In this document: positions 8,524 through 18,445 of the stretch, one piece after another
Layout: each line of letters starts with the position of its first letter
Numbering within the stretch: the stretch's first letter is position 1
Origin: a virus
Virus record (IMG/VR): IMGVR_UViG_3300029305_002311
Strand: one strand, 5' to 3'
DNA length: 64,000 nt
Notes under the pieces: model-generated
Told to the model about the DNA's origin: nothing
Database searches by the model: none
The model's input: only the letters and a program-made list of their open reading frames with translations
Program-made: the position numbers and the translations under genes

Positions 8524-8823
8524 CTAGAATCTGTAAATCCACTTTAAGTGGGTCCTCTTGTACTCTCTCAGTTGACGGTTGATTTTTGCTTGCTCTGCTG
8601 CAGACAGCTTATTGAACCAAGTATGGCACTTTTCACAAAGAATAGCTCCGTTCTCTACTGAAGTATCTCCACCTTTGGATTTCTCCTGCATGTGATGATA
8701 GGTCAGACAGTTTCTAGATTTCTTCTTGCAAGTGTTTGACCGTTTCGGCTTAAAACCGCACAGCATACATTTCTTTCCATAGAGCTGATACATCAACTCC
8801 CGAGTTGCTTTGTTGCTAGCCAT
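8524..8823 (-). CDS. HNH homing-type endonuclease
   Basis: 99-aa ORF with CMLCG, TYHHM..GGDTSVENGAILCEKCHTWFN (HNH core plus a second CxxC). Visibly higher G+C, and it uses codons (CGG x2, CCG, CGT) that are essentially absent from neighbouring genes. Confidence 0.85.
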   Translation of the reverse strand: MASNKATRELMYQLYGKKCMLCGFKPKRSNTCKKKSRNCLTYHHMQEKSKGGDTSVENGAILCEKCHTWFNKLSAAEQAKINRQLREYKRTHLKWIYRF

Positions 8824-8883
8824 ATGATTGTCTCCTTTCCTAAATTATTAGTGTAAAGATAACTGATAGAGTAGACTATTTAA

Positions 8884-9102
8884 TTATTCTTCAGTAGGAG
8901 CTTCTATAGACTCTTCTACTTCTTTTTCTTCAAGTTTTAGAAATACTCCACCAAAGTCTCCATTTTCATCTAATAGTTTTTCTAGTTTTAATTCTTTATT
9001 CTCTTCTTGAGATTTGTTAAAGATTTCTTCTAATAAGATTTTTTCTGAATCATCTAATCTATTGATTAGCATTTTAGAATTTGATTTTATTTCAGCATAC
9101 AT
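8884..9102 (-). CDS. hypothetical acidic protein
   Basis: 72-aa Glu-rich ORF. Confidence 0.5.
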   Translation of the reverse strand: MYAEIKSNSKMLINRLDDSEKILLEEIFNKSQEENKELKLEKLLDENGDFGGVFLKLEEKEVEESIEAPTEE

Positions 9103-9284
9103 TATTCAATTTCCTCCTTTATACTAAAAGCTATACCTGATTTTTCTCCTTCTATATTATACAAAGTTTCTGCAGAGACTCCATGAATCTCTGCATTCTC
9201 TATAAATTTTAGAAGTTCTTCTTTTTCATTCTTGTGTATCATTGTATTAACTATTAGTTTATCATCTTTTATATGAGCTTGCAT
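9102..9284 (-). CDS. hypothetical protein
   Basis: 60-aa ORF, paralog-like to 8884..9102 (both have an ...EEL/LKF/LEE... layout). Confidence 0.5.
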   Translation of the reverse strand: MQAHIKDDKLIVNTMIHKNEKEELLKFIENAEIHGVSAETLYNIEGEKSGIAFSIKEEIE

Positions 9285-9295
9285 CTTAGTCCTCC

Positions 9296-10783
9296 TTATT
9301 TATAAACTGAAGTTGATACATATCCATATCTTCCAGTTGCTGGAACATATATGTAATCTACTGTAGTAGAAACGTTTTGTAATATTTTAACTTGTGTGTT
9401 AGCTAAATAAGTATATCTAGTTCCGCTTAAACTTGATTTAGAGTAAATGTATGTGTATGTAGTTCTAAATTTCTTATATTGTCCTACTGTATTTGTTATT
9501 GCTGGAGTAGATGTATTTGCTTGTTCTTTGTAAGCAACTACTTCTACATAAGCATATCTTCCAGTAGCTGGTACATATATTCTATCTACATTAGCATTTA
9601 CATTCTCTAATATTTTAACTGTAGTGTTTGGTAAATATGTATATTCTGTTCCAGATAAATTAGACTTAGAATATAAAGTAGTAGTTGATTTTAATTTTCT
9701 AGTTTGTCCTACTGTAGATGTTGTAGGTTTAGTAGCTTCTCCTACTCTTACATAATCATCTATTACCCATTCATTAGTTCCAATTCTGTACCATCCATTT
9801 ACAGTTTCATATATTGTAACTTTATTTCCATTATACAAACTTCTTACATATGAATAATTTGTTCCAGGTCCTCTTCTAACGTTTAAGCTAGAATTTACAC
9901 TTACTACACCAGTTTTTGGAGTGTCTGGTACTGGAGTAGGTGCTGGAGTATCTGGAGTTGTTGGTTCTACTGGTTTAGCTTCATTAGCTTTAAATCCAAA
10001 CCATGCTCCTGAGTTAGCATAAGCTTTAAAGTTAGCTATAGAGCAATTTATTGTGTTTCCGTCTAAAGTAACTTTTCCACCTCTATTACCGTAGTTGAAT
10101 TTTCCACTATAGTTATATGGGTCAAATATTTTTAAAGTACTTCCTTCTATATCATATATTACTATGAAGTGTCCTCCTGTAGTAAATAATCCAGGTCCGC
10201 AACTTACTACTACATAGTAACCATCTCTTACTAATTGTATAGCATCGTTTACATTCCATACTCTTTTAAATGGAATATCAAATCTGTTTGCAGTCCATTG
10301 AAAAGCAGAAAAATAAGTTCCGTCATTAGCTGAACGATAACCATATTTTACATATAAGTCTCCCATTTCATCTGGATAGATTGTTCCTTTTATTGAGCTT
10401 ACTATCATTGCTGAACAAGTAGGCCCACATCCTGAAGAACCAATTGTTTGAGAAGCTTTTCCTATAGCAGTGTATGGATGATTTTTCCATCTGCTATCTG
10501 TTTGAGAATAATAAACTGGAGTTTCGTTTACTGCTCCTACTATGAAATCTTCTTCACTTGGAGCTGCTCCAGATATAAACTCTGGATTTTCTTCTAAGAA
10601 TCCTTCAACTTCTACTGCTGATTCCATATCTTCTGCAGTTCCAGTTGGTTCTGGTATCTCTATTGTAGAGACTTGTTCTATTATATTTTCTTCTACTGGT
10701 TTATCTCCCATTTTTACAAATGAGAAAACTAATCCAAAAATTATAGCTATTGCAAATAGTGCTATGAGTAATTTCTTTTTCAT
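9296..10783 (-). CDS. membrane-anchored/secreted cell-wall hydrolase: papain-fold (C39-like) domain + SH3 + two C-terminal repeats; probable endolysin
   Basis: N-terminal MKKKLLIALFAIAIIFGLVFSFV. YYSQTDSRW...GSSGCGPTCSAMIV...GGHFIVIYD...DPY is the Cys/His papain-like amidase/endopeptidase pattern. PT-rich linker. SH3-like segment LNVRRGPGTNYSYVRSLYNGNKVTIYETVNGWYRIG. Two ~70-aa tandem repeats (TVGQ...LYSKS.LSGT.YTYL.NT.VKIL.NV....D.IYVPATGRY.YV). Confidence 0.7.
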   Translation of the reverse strand: MKKKLLIALFAIAIIFGLVFSFVKMGDKPVEENIIEQVSTIEIPEPTGTAEDMESAVEVEGFLEENPEFISGAAPSEEDFIVGAVNETPVYYSQTDSRWKNHPYTAIGKASQTIGSSGCGPTCSAMIVSSIKGTIYPDEMGDLYVKYGYRSANDGTYFSAFQWTANRFDIPFKRVWNVNDAIQLVRDGYYVVVSCGPGLFTTGGHFIVIYDIEGSTLKIFDPYNYSGKFNYGNRGGKVTLDGNTINCSIANFKAYANSGAWFGFKANEAKPVEPTTPDTPAPTPVPDTPKTGVVSVNSSLNVRRGPGTNYSYVRSLYNGNKVTIYETVNGWYRIGTNEWVIDDYVRVGEATKPTTSTVGQTRKLKSTTTLYSKSNLSGTEYTYLPNTTVKILENVNANVDRIYVPATGRYAYVEVVAYKEQANTSTPAITNTVGQYKKFRTTYTYIYSKSSLSGTRYTYLANTQVKILQNVSTTVDYIYVPATGRYGYVSTSVYK

Positions 10784-11121
10784 TATTTAGTACCTCCTTC
10801 TACTGGTTTTTGATAGTCTAAAAGTTCTTTTACTTCATCGAATGCTTTTTGTATAAAGTTATTTAAATATTTCTTAATAATATTACATGGTATTATTAGC
10901 TTGATATAAGCTGGTAAAAATGAATAAACATAGTCTATAGCAAATATCATTTTTTCTTGTCCTTCTTCAGTTTTAAATTCTTGCTCTGCTTTTAGTATTG
11001 CTTCTAAAGCTGTCTGACGAAGTCCTTTAGTTTTGCTTGACTTTATCATATAGATTATAAAGCAAACACATGCTGCAACTACTATTGATAAAGGTAGCCA
11101 ATTAGCTTGTAGCCATTCCAT
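10783..11121 (-). CDS. single-pass membrane protein (holin-like candidate)
   Basis: 112-aa ORF. N-terminal MEWLQANWLPLSIVVAACVCFIIYMI. Sits immediately upstream of the hydrolase gene. Confidence 0.4.
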   Translation of the reverse strand: MEWLQANWLPLSIVVAACVCFIIYMIKSSKTKGLRQTALEAILKAEQEFKTEEGQEKMIFAIDYVYSFLPAYIKLIIPCNIIKKYLNNFIQKAFDEVKELLDYQKPVEGGTK

Positions 11122-11148
11122 ATTATCAACCTCCTTCTATAAAAATTT

Positions 11149-11928
11149 CTATAAACTAAGCAATGTTTCCATTACTTTTTGTTTATCTTTGAAAACTCTA
11201 TCTACTATGTCTGGTCTTGATTTTTCTCTTTTATTATATTCTATACATACAAATCCAACTATAAGTCCTTCTTTATTATGTATAGCCATTCCATATTTAG
11301 CTTCTACTCCTCTATCTCTTAAAAACTCATACATACTAGTATCTATTCCCTGCATATCTTCAAAGTTATCTATATAGCAGAATCCTGTATCATTTATTTC
11401 TTTTGTAAAGAAAGATAAAGCACTTCTAAATTGGTCTCTAAAAGTAGATATTATCGGTTTTACTCCTAATTGAACTTGTTCATTAGTCATTGACATTTTT
11501 AAGAATGATTGTCTATTTACTCCTTTTCCACCATTGTGATATTGAACTAAGCTGCATCTGCTAGCATCAGTTGTTATTAACATCTCTTGTAATTGTTTAT
11601 CTATTTCTTCTGCTACTTTAGTTAGTCTATGATTTTCTTCTGGTGTAGGTCCTGTATGATTAACTCCATTAAGAACTGTTTGAATTAATAGTTCCATGTT
11701 CTTAGCTTGTTGTTCTTGGTATTCTTTTAATTGATTTTGTAATAACTCAAACATAGAAGCATATTTATCTTCTATTACTTTATCTTTATTATCTATCTTC
11801 TTGTCTTTCTTGTCTGCATCTGTTTGAGTTCTTTTAAAATAAAACCATGCCATTGACACTACTAAAATAGCGCAAAGTCCTAAAATCCCAATCTCTAAGT
11901 AAGCTTTACTAGCTTCTAACCATTCCAC
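11149..11928 (-). CDS. membrane-anchored protein with a globular C-terminal domain (function unknown)
   Basis: 259-aa ORF. N-terminal MEWLEASKAYLEIGILGLCAILVVSMAWFYF is paralogous to the N-terminus of 10783..11121. Followed by a coiled coil and a ~150-aa domain (possibly GAF-like; weak). Confidence 0.4.
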   Translation of the reverse strand: MEWLEASKAYLEIGILGLCAILVVSMAWFYFKRTQTDADKKDKKIDNKDKVIEDKYASMFELLQNQLKEYQEQQAKNMELLIQTVLNGVNHTGPTPEENHRLTKVAEEIDKQLQEMLITTDASRCSLVQYHNGGKGVNRQSFLKMSMTNEQVQLGVKPIISTFRDQFRSALSFFTKEINDTGFCYIDNFEDMQGIDTSMYEFLRDRGVEAKYGMAIHNKEGLIVGFVCIEYNKREKSRPDIVDRVFKDKQKVMETLLSL

Positions 11929-11940
11929 TAAATTTACCTC

Positions 11941-12168
11941 CTACTTATCTGTTAATTCTATGAATAAGTCTATTTTGTCTTCGTAACGTAGTATTCTGTC
12001 TTCTACTTGTTCCCAACGAGCATTTCCTGCAGCTTTTCTTTCTTCAAATTTAGCAATATAAGTTATTTCTATTGCTATATTAACAATGATAAGTACTGCT
12101 AACACTAATAAATTTAGCATAATAAATTTATTTACAGAATCTAATTCTTTAAATCTCTTTAATTTCAT
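11941..12168 (-). CDS. small single-pass membrane protein (holin-like candidate)
   Basis: 75-aa ORF. TM segment FIMLNLLVLAVLIIVNIAIEITYIA followed by a charged tail. Confidence 0.4.
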   Translation of the reverse strand: MKLKRFKELDSVNKFIMLNLLVLAVLIIVNIAIEITYIAKFEERKAAGNARWEQVEDRILRYEDKIDLFIELTDK

Positions 12169-12212
12169 AAACCATTCTCCTTTATTGTTTCTTCCTAATG
12201 TTATATATAAAT

Positions 12213-12236
12213 AGAGAGCAATTTGAATTGCTCTCT
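12213..12236 (-). terminator. hairpin terminator followed by a TATATA promoter-like element
   Basis: AGAGAGCAAT / ATTGCTCTCT 10-bp stem with a 4-nt loop. On the minus strand it is followed by ATTTATATATAAC. Confidence 0.5.
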
Positions 12237-12245
12237 GAATTGATT

Positions 12246-12452
12246 CTAGGCTTCTTCTCCACTAATCTCTATGGCTAATCTAGTAAGTTCATCTATTTGT
12301 TCTGGAGTTATTGCTCCCATATTAGGAATATTTTCTATTAGCTGTGAGTACTGTCTAAAAGGTATATTTGTTTCTTGTCCAGTTTTATCTAGTTCTCCCT
12401 TTAGTACTTTCTTTAACTCAATTAAGTGTGTTAGTTTGTCTGGAATTGCCAT
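12246..12452 (-). CDS. stand-alone mini-protein related to the A-type N-terminal adaptor of the RBP paralogs
   Basis: 68 aa. LTHLIELKKVLKGELDKTGQETNIPFRQYSQLIENI aligns with the L.YLNETK..I..AI..KGQ.I.D.D.FRSYA.KI.NI module. Confidence 0.5.
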   Translation of the reverse strand: MAIPDKLTHLIELKKVLKGELDKTGQETNIPFRQYSQLIENIPNMGAITPEQIDELTRLAIEISGEEA

Positions 12453-12455
12453 GAA

Positions 12456-12671
12456 TTATACCTCCTCACCATTTATATTTATTGTTTGACTCATTAAATC
12501 ATCTAGAGTACCTTGAGAAATTGAGTTATCTTTATATAATTTAGCTATCTGCTCATGATACTCATCGAACGGAGCATCTTCTGTTAAATTTCCTCCAACT
12601 TTATTAATTGAGTCTCTTATTTTATTTTTAGTTTCTTCTAAATAAATTAGTCTTTGTTCTACTCCATTCAT
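12456..12671 (-). CDS. stand-alone mini-protein related to the A-type N-terminal adaptor
   Basis: 71 aa. RLIYLEETKNKIRDSINKVGGNLTEDAPFDEYHEQIAKL matches the A-type adaptor module. Confidence 0.5.
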   Translation of the reverse strand: MNGVEQRLIYLEETKNKIRDSINKVGGNLTEDAPFDEYHEQIAKLYKDNSISQGTLDDLMSQTININGEEV

Positions 12672-12682
12672 ATTTTACCTCC

Positions 12683-14299
12683 TTAATAGCTCCAGCCAGC
12701 TGCTGTTATTTCTGATAGTCTATTACTATATCTATCACTTGTTATATTAGACCCATAAAATGGGCTATTATAAGAACTTCTATTAAATGTTTTATATGAG
12801 CTTGATGTTATATTACTGTTTAAGGCCATATTAATTATATTATGTATAGATGCAGTAGACAAATTATTACAAAAGTTAAATGAATTACACATTGATTTAA
12901 CATTTTTTGTATACCATTGAGGCACAGTAACTAAATTATAGCAGCTACTGCATATCATGTTCATATCTGTTAAGTTATCAGTAAAATTAAAATTAGGCAA
13001 ACTAGTTATCATATTGCATGCTCCAAACATATCTGATGCATTTCTAACTTTGCTTAAATCAAAGTTAGGTATGTTGTTAAGACTTCTACAAAAACAAAAC
13101 ATGCTATTTGTATATAATGCATTACTAGTATTAAAATTAGGTACAGAAGCTAGATTATTACAGTAATAAAATAAACTTGTAAAGCTATACACATTACCTG
13201 TATCAAAATTAGGAACTGTTGTTAGATTATTACAACCCCAAAACATAGTATTTAAAGATTTAGCATTTGATAAGTTAAAGTTTGGAACTGAAGCTAACAT
13301 ATTACAGTTAATAAATGCAGTGTTAAAGCATTCTATGTTTGAAGTATCGAAGTTTTGAACTGATGCTATGCTACTATTTCTAAACATGTTAGACATATTC
13401 GTAAGATTTGTAAAATTTAGATTAACAGGTATGTGACTATGTTTATAATTTAAAAATAAGTTACAGCCATTAGTTACTAATGATAAATCTATGTTTGATA
13501 CAATAGGTTGTAAATTACATAGCGTTACTTTTAAAGCATTTTTAGCATACACTCCCGATAAGTTAACATCTGTAGTTCCAATGATTGTACCTTTATTGCT
13601 GTATAGCAATGCTGAGTTTAATGTGTCTTTATTAGCCACATTTAGTTGAGTATTTGCTAGCCCCCATCCATTATTATATTCATATATTCCATCAAAACAT
13701 ATATTAATATTAGTGCAAAGAAAATGTTTTATTATATTAAAATAACTTGGGTTTGGGCTATTTTGTATATTTATGTTAGTTCTGTTCACAAAATAATCTA
13801 AGTCGTCCACCGAGTCTGCGTATGTATAATGAATTCCATCAGTACTCTCAAAGTAAAACCTTTTGTTAGCTAGTTTAGTCTCTCTAAAGTCTATTCTCAC
13901 ATAATTAGGAGAGTAAAATACTCCAAGAGCATTTGTATTAGTTCCTGCAGATACTTCATATTCATCTATAATAGGCTCAGGTAGTGTAACCGAATAAGGC
14001 ATATATAAACTAGACATTACTCCTGTATCTGTTATTGGAGTAGCATAATTATTATACACAATAGCTATGTCTCCTATGTTTGATACTTCATGTTGATTCA
14101 TTTCTTCTTTGCTCTTAAACCAGAATATATTTGAATCTAAACTAGAAGATATGTTTTCAATCTTAGTAGCATAGCTTCTAAAGGGGTCATTATCATTTAT
14201 GGTCTGCCCTTTACTTATAATAGATTGTTTTATCTGTCTTTTAGTTTCATCAAGATAATTTAGATTGTCTACTAAATCTTGCGTGCTATAAGCGCTCAT
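12683..14299 (-). CDS. receptor-binding-type tail protein, DUF285/BspA-like repeats (paralog P8)
   Basis: 538 aa. A-type adaptor (STQDLVDNLNYLDETKRQIKQSIISKGQTINDNDPFRSYATKIENI), ~24-aa repeats (NFNxSNxxxxxxMFxxCxNLxxVP) and a conserved C-terminal module (IHNIINMALNS...SNRLSEITAAGWSY). Confidence 0.7.
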   Translation of the reverse strand: MSAYSTQDLVDNLNYLDETKRQIKQSIISKGQTINDNDPFRSYATKIENISSSLDSNIFWFKSKEEMNQHEVSNIGDIAIVYNNYATPITDTGVMSSLYMPYSVTLPEPIIDEYEVSAGTNTNALGVFYSPNYVRIDFRETKLANKRFYFESTDGIHYTYADSVDDLDYFVNRTNINIQNSPNPSYFNIIKHFLCTNINICFDGIYEYNNGWGLANTQLNVANKDTLNSALLYSNKGTIIGTTDVNLSGVYAKNALKVTLCNLQPIVSNIDLSLVTNGCNLFLNYKHSHIPVNLNFTNLTNMSNMFRNSSIASVQNFDTSNIECFNTAFINCNMLASVPNFNLSNAKSLNTMFWGCNNLTTVPNFDTGNVYSFTSLFYYCNNLASVPNFNTSNALYTNSMFCFCRSLNNIPNFDLSKVRNASDMFGACNMITSLPNFNFTDNLTDMNMICSSCYNLVTVPQWYTKNVKSMCNSFNFCNNLSTASIHNIINMALNSNITSSSYKTFNRSSYNSPFYGSNITSDRYSNRLSEITAAGWSY

Positions 14300-14893
14300 C
14301 TACTCACCTCCGTCACTTATTTCCTCTATATTTCTAATTATAAAATCTTTTATTTCTTCTTTCTCTATCCCAAACTCTTTAAGCCCTATTGGCTCTTTCT
14401 CCATTTTCTTGGTACATACATTCTTGATTATACCTATATCACTTTGGTAGCTTAAGAATAGTCCTGAAAATTCATGCTCTTCATCAACAAAGTCTAGCCT
14501 CATCATTCCAAGAACTTTGTTACTGTCTATTAATAAATCATTATTATCAAATTTTATCTCATGTCCGAAAAGTTTATTTTGTAGCCAAGTCTCTATTCTA
14601 CTAGCTAACTCTTCTATAAAGTTTGAGTGTTTATCATAATGACCTAAGACTATATCTCCTGGAAATACCACTATGCATCCACCACAGTGCTGAGTATTTA
14701 CTAATTCTATGTTTTGATTTTTACAATATTGTTTATTAAAATTAGTTCCAGGATTATATATAGCTTTTGGTCTATCTGACAAGTTCTCTATAACTAAATT
14801 GTTATAGAGAATTGTTTTATTTTCTTTATATGAATTTATGTTTTCTTTAAAGTACTTTTCATACTCACTAAGTTCTATCTCTTTTATTAGCAT
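14300..14893 (-). CDS. hypothetical protein, weak resemblance to the lipoate/biotin protein ligase (BPL_LplA_LipB) catalytic fold
   Basis: 197 aa. HCGGCIVVFPGDIVLG and FDNNDLLIDSNKVLGMM resemble the LplA SGGGAVFHDLGN and NDL..gkKvsGsA motifs. From-memory comparison only. Confidence 0.3.
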   Translation of the reverse strand: MLIKEIELSEYEKYFKENINSYKENKTILYNNLVIENLSDRPKAIYNPGTNFNKQYCKNQNIELVNTQHCGGCIVVFPGDIVLGHYDKHSNFIEELASRIETWLQNKLFGHEIKFDNNDLLIDSNKVLGMMRLDFVDEEHEFSGLFLSYQSDIGIIKNVCTKKMEKEPIGLKEFGIEKEEIKDFIIRNIEEISDGGE

Positions 14894-14904
14894 ATTTTAC
14901 CTCC

Positions 14905-17900
14905 TTAATATGTCCATCCTGCAGATACTATCTCAGACAGTCTATTTGAGTAGTAGCTTTGGTCATAAATAGTGTTACTAAATGGTGAGTAACTATTTCT
15001 GTTATTAAAATTCATGTATGTTGAATTATTTACTGCACTATTTAAAGCCATGTTTATGATATTGTGTATTGTTGAATTAGATAAATTATTACAACAATTT
15101 GCAAATTGATACATTTCTATAGTTGATGAAGTGTTATACTGAGGTATATCAGTAATATTTGTACACCCATCAAACATGTTATCGTAGTCTTGAATATTAC
15201 TAGTGTTTGTAAAATGAGGAGCAATTACAAGGTTACAATTTGTAAACATATTTGCAACAGACTCACAACTTTCTAAGTCATAATTAGGAACTGATTTTAA
15301 GTTAGTACATCCATAAAACATTCTATTTAAATGTACTCCTTTATTAGTAATAAAATTTGGACCTACTTTAATATTAGTACACTCTGTGAACATTCCTAAA
15401 AATCCGTTAGAGTTTGAAGTGTTATAGTTAGATATATTTGATATATCTACTAAATTACTACAATTAGCAAACATATTATACATCATTCTTACATTTTCTG
15501 TGTTTAATACCGGAGCATTAGCTAATGTAGTACAACCAGAAAACATATACCCCATTGTATTTACTTTTGAAGTATCTAAATTAGGAATGTATATTAAATT
15601 TGTGCATCCTTGAAACATTCCGTATGAACTTTTTAAATTACTGAAGTTATAATTAGGTATAGTAGTTAAGTTATTGCAATACTGGAACATTCCATACGCA
15701 TTAATTACATTACTAAAGTCATACTCAGGTAGATTAATAAGATTATAGCAGTGGTCAAATATTAACTGTGCATTTTTTATATTAGTTGTGTTTGAATTTT
15801 TTACTGAAGTCATGTTAAAACAGTTTTCATACAATCTATAAATAGAATCTACTTTTGAATAATTTATTGTGTTAAATATATCAAGACTTTCACCAACTTC
15901 ATCTTCTCTATCAGACAATAAATATGATAAATTAGTAAAGTTAGATAAATCTAAATTAGTCATTAATTCTAAGCTACAATTAGCAAATATTCCATAAAAG
16001 TTATCTAGCACAGTATAGTTTATAGCTGAAATATCTTTTAAGTTCATACATCCGCTTAAACATGCTTCTATAATTAGGACTAGTATTTAGTGCTAAGTCG
16101 TAATTTAAAGCTGGAACAGCTTCTAGGCTTGTGCAATTTGAAAACATAAATGCCATGTCATTCATTTTTGAAGTGTTATAACTAGGTACGACTTTTAAAT
16201 TAGTACAGTTAGCAAACATTGAAGAAGCACCGATGGCATTGTTTGTATTAAAGCTTGGAGCTTCTACTAAGTTATTACAATTAGCAAATGTGCTAGAAAA
16301 TCTAAGTACGTTTGCAGTATCAAAGTTAGGTACTGAAGTTAGATTAGTGCATCCTTGAAACATATAGCTCATATTATTTACTTTACTAGTATTGAAATTT
16401 GGTACTGTATTTAAGTTATTACAATAGCCAAACATTGTGCCAGTAGAAGTTAAATTAGAGAAATTGAAATTAGGTACAGTTCTTAAATTATAACAGTTTG
16501 TAAATAAACTACCAGCATAGTAAAGTTTTGAAAAATTAAAATTAGGTACTGAAGTTAGATTAGTACATCCTGAAAATGTTGCTATTGCATTAGTTACATT
16601 TATAGTATTAAAGTTAGGTACTGAAGTTAATTTTGTGTCGAATGTAAACATTCTATTTATAGTTGTAGCTTTACTCATATTGAAATTAGGTACTGAAGTT
16701 AAATTAGGACAATTATGCAAAAAGCTTTCAAATATATTCATGTTGGATGTATTAAAGTTAGGTACTGTCTTTAAATTAAGACACCCATTAAACATGCTTT
16801 CTGAGTTAGTTACTTTGTAAAGATTAAAATTTGGCACATTCTTTAACCCTTTGCAATTAGAAAACATTCTAGCAGTGTTTGTGCTGTTTCTTAAATCGAA
16901 ATTTGGTATTGTTTCTAAACTTTCGCATCCTTGAAACATTTCTATGGTGTTCTTAACAGTGTATAAATTAAAGTTTGGCACTGAAGCTAAGCTTTTACAA
17001 CCATAGAACATTCCGTATGTATATACATTCACATTAAATGTGAAATTAGGTATTGAAGTTAGATTAGTACAGTAGCCAAAAGTATAGCAGAAATTAAGTA
17101 CTCCTGCTGTGTTAAAGTTTGGCACAGATGTTAGACTAATACATCCATTAAACATTCTATGCATATTATTTACTTTGCTAGTATTAAAATTTGGAACAAA
17201 CAATAAGTTGTTACAAGCTACAGTTTCATGTGTTTTTAAATCAGTTATGCCTCCAAACATATAAGCCATGTTAGTAACATTAGATGTATCGAAGTTAGGT
17301 ATAGTCATTACATATTCATTTCCAATAAACATGTTACTGCAATCATTAATTGACCCAGTAGTTATTCCATTAGTAGTACCCATATATAAGTTTATTATAT
17401 CTTTTACATTTTGTATGTCTGTTTCTGTATATTTAGTATAAGAAGCTAATGTTCCTTCTTGAACTCCATGTCTACTGTAAAAAACTCCTTTATTCAACAC
17501 ATCTTTTGCTTTTGCATTATGTTGAGTATATAAAGGACTCCATAAAGTCTTTGAATTTAATATATAGTTAACATGAGGTATATTATTAGCTATTTTCCAG
17601 TCTATGTCATTATATGTAGAAATTAATTGCTCATACATCTGTTCTTCTATAAGTGGTCCTACCATTGGATAGACTATGCCACCAAGTCCCCAATCATCTA
17701 TATATTCTTCAGCACTAAATCCATAAAGTCTATAAGTATCAGGACTATTGATTATACTTCTATACTCTATTTTAATTGGAATATTACCAAACTCAATATC
17801 ATTTTGAAAAGTCATGTTTAGTAAAGCATTATTTGCTTTTGCTAAGTTAAATGTAAAATTCTTAATAGGGTATATTAAATCAATACCATCTGCATTAGCG

Positions 17901-18358
17901 CTAAAATATATTTGGTCAATGTCCAAATCACTATAAAAATTTTCTATATCTACAGCTGTATTTATTGGTTTAACTATAGACAAATTAGCTATCTTAAGAT
18001 TAAAAACTGCTGGAAATATATCACTATCATTAGTAAGAGACGTATAGTACATGTTTGGTATAAATATACCTCCAAAACTATCATTTGAAGTATTATACAC
18101 CACTCCTATGTCTCCGTCATTGGCAGTGCTTTTAACCATGTCTTCTGCATTACTATAAAGATGAATGTTACTATAAGAAGCTTCTCTTGCTTTTCCAGTT
18201 CCCTGAATGTTAGAAATCTTAGCTGCATAACTTCTAAAAGTGTCATCATCTTTTATTTCTTGTCCTTTATTAGTTATAGCCTGTCTTATTAAGTTTTTGG
18301 TTTCATTTAAATAATTTAAGTTATCTATTAAATCTTGAGGGGTATTTGTGTTTGACAT
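14905..18358 (-). CDS. receptor-binding-type tail protein, long DUF285/BspA-like repeat array (paralog P7); two ORFs joined by a +1 shift at CGG 16054-16052
   Basis: The upstream ORF (true start MSNTNTPQDL at 18358, GAGAGGAGG RBS) has the A-type adaptor but no conserved C-terminal module. The downstream ORF (14905..16047) has no SD and no adaptor but ends IHNIINMALNS...SNRLSEIVSAGWTY. Skipping C16054 gives ...NYRSMFK-GCMNLKDIS..., which restores the repeat register MFxGCxNL. Confidence 0.55.
16052..16054 (-). other. candidate +1 recoding site (AAG CGG A)
   Basis: In-frame CGG. The zero frame stops 17 codons later, and the +1 frame (GGA TGT ATG...) continues for 380 codons. Confidence 0.45.
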
Positions 18359-18406
18359 TTTGTCCTCCTCTCTGGTATCTATTCTCCTATTTAAATATAT
18401 AAAAAT

Positions 18407-18430
18407 AGAGCAAACCATCTGGTTTGCTCT
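18407..18430 (-). terminator. rho-independent terminator followed by a conserved TATATA element
   Basis: AGAGCAAACC / GGTTTGCTCT 10-bp stem with a 4-nt loop. On the minus strand it is followed by ATTTTTATATATTTAAATAGGAGAATA. Confidence 0.65.
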
Positions 18431-18445
18431 CTAAAGTATTGTTTA

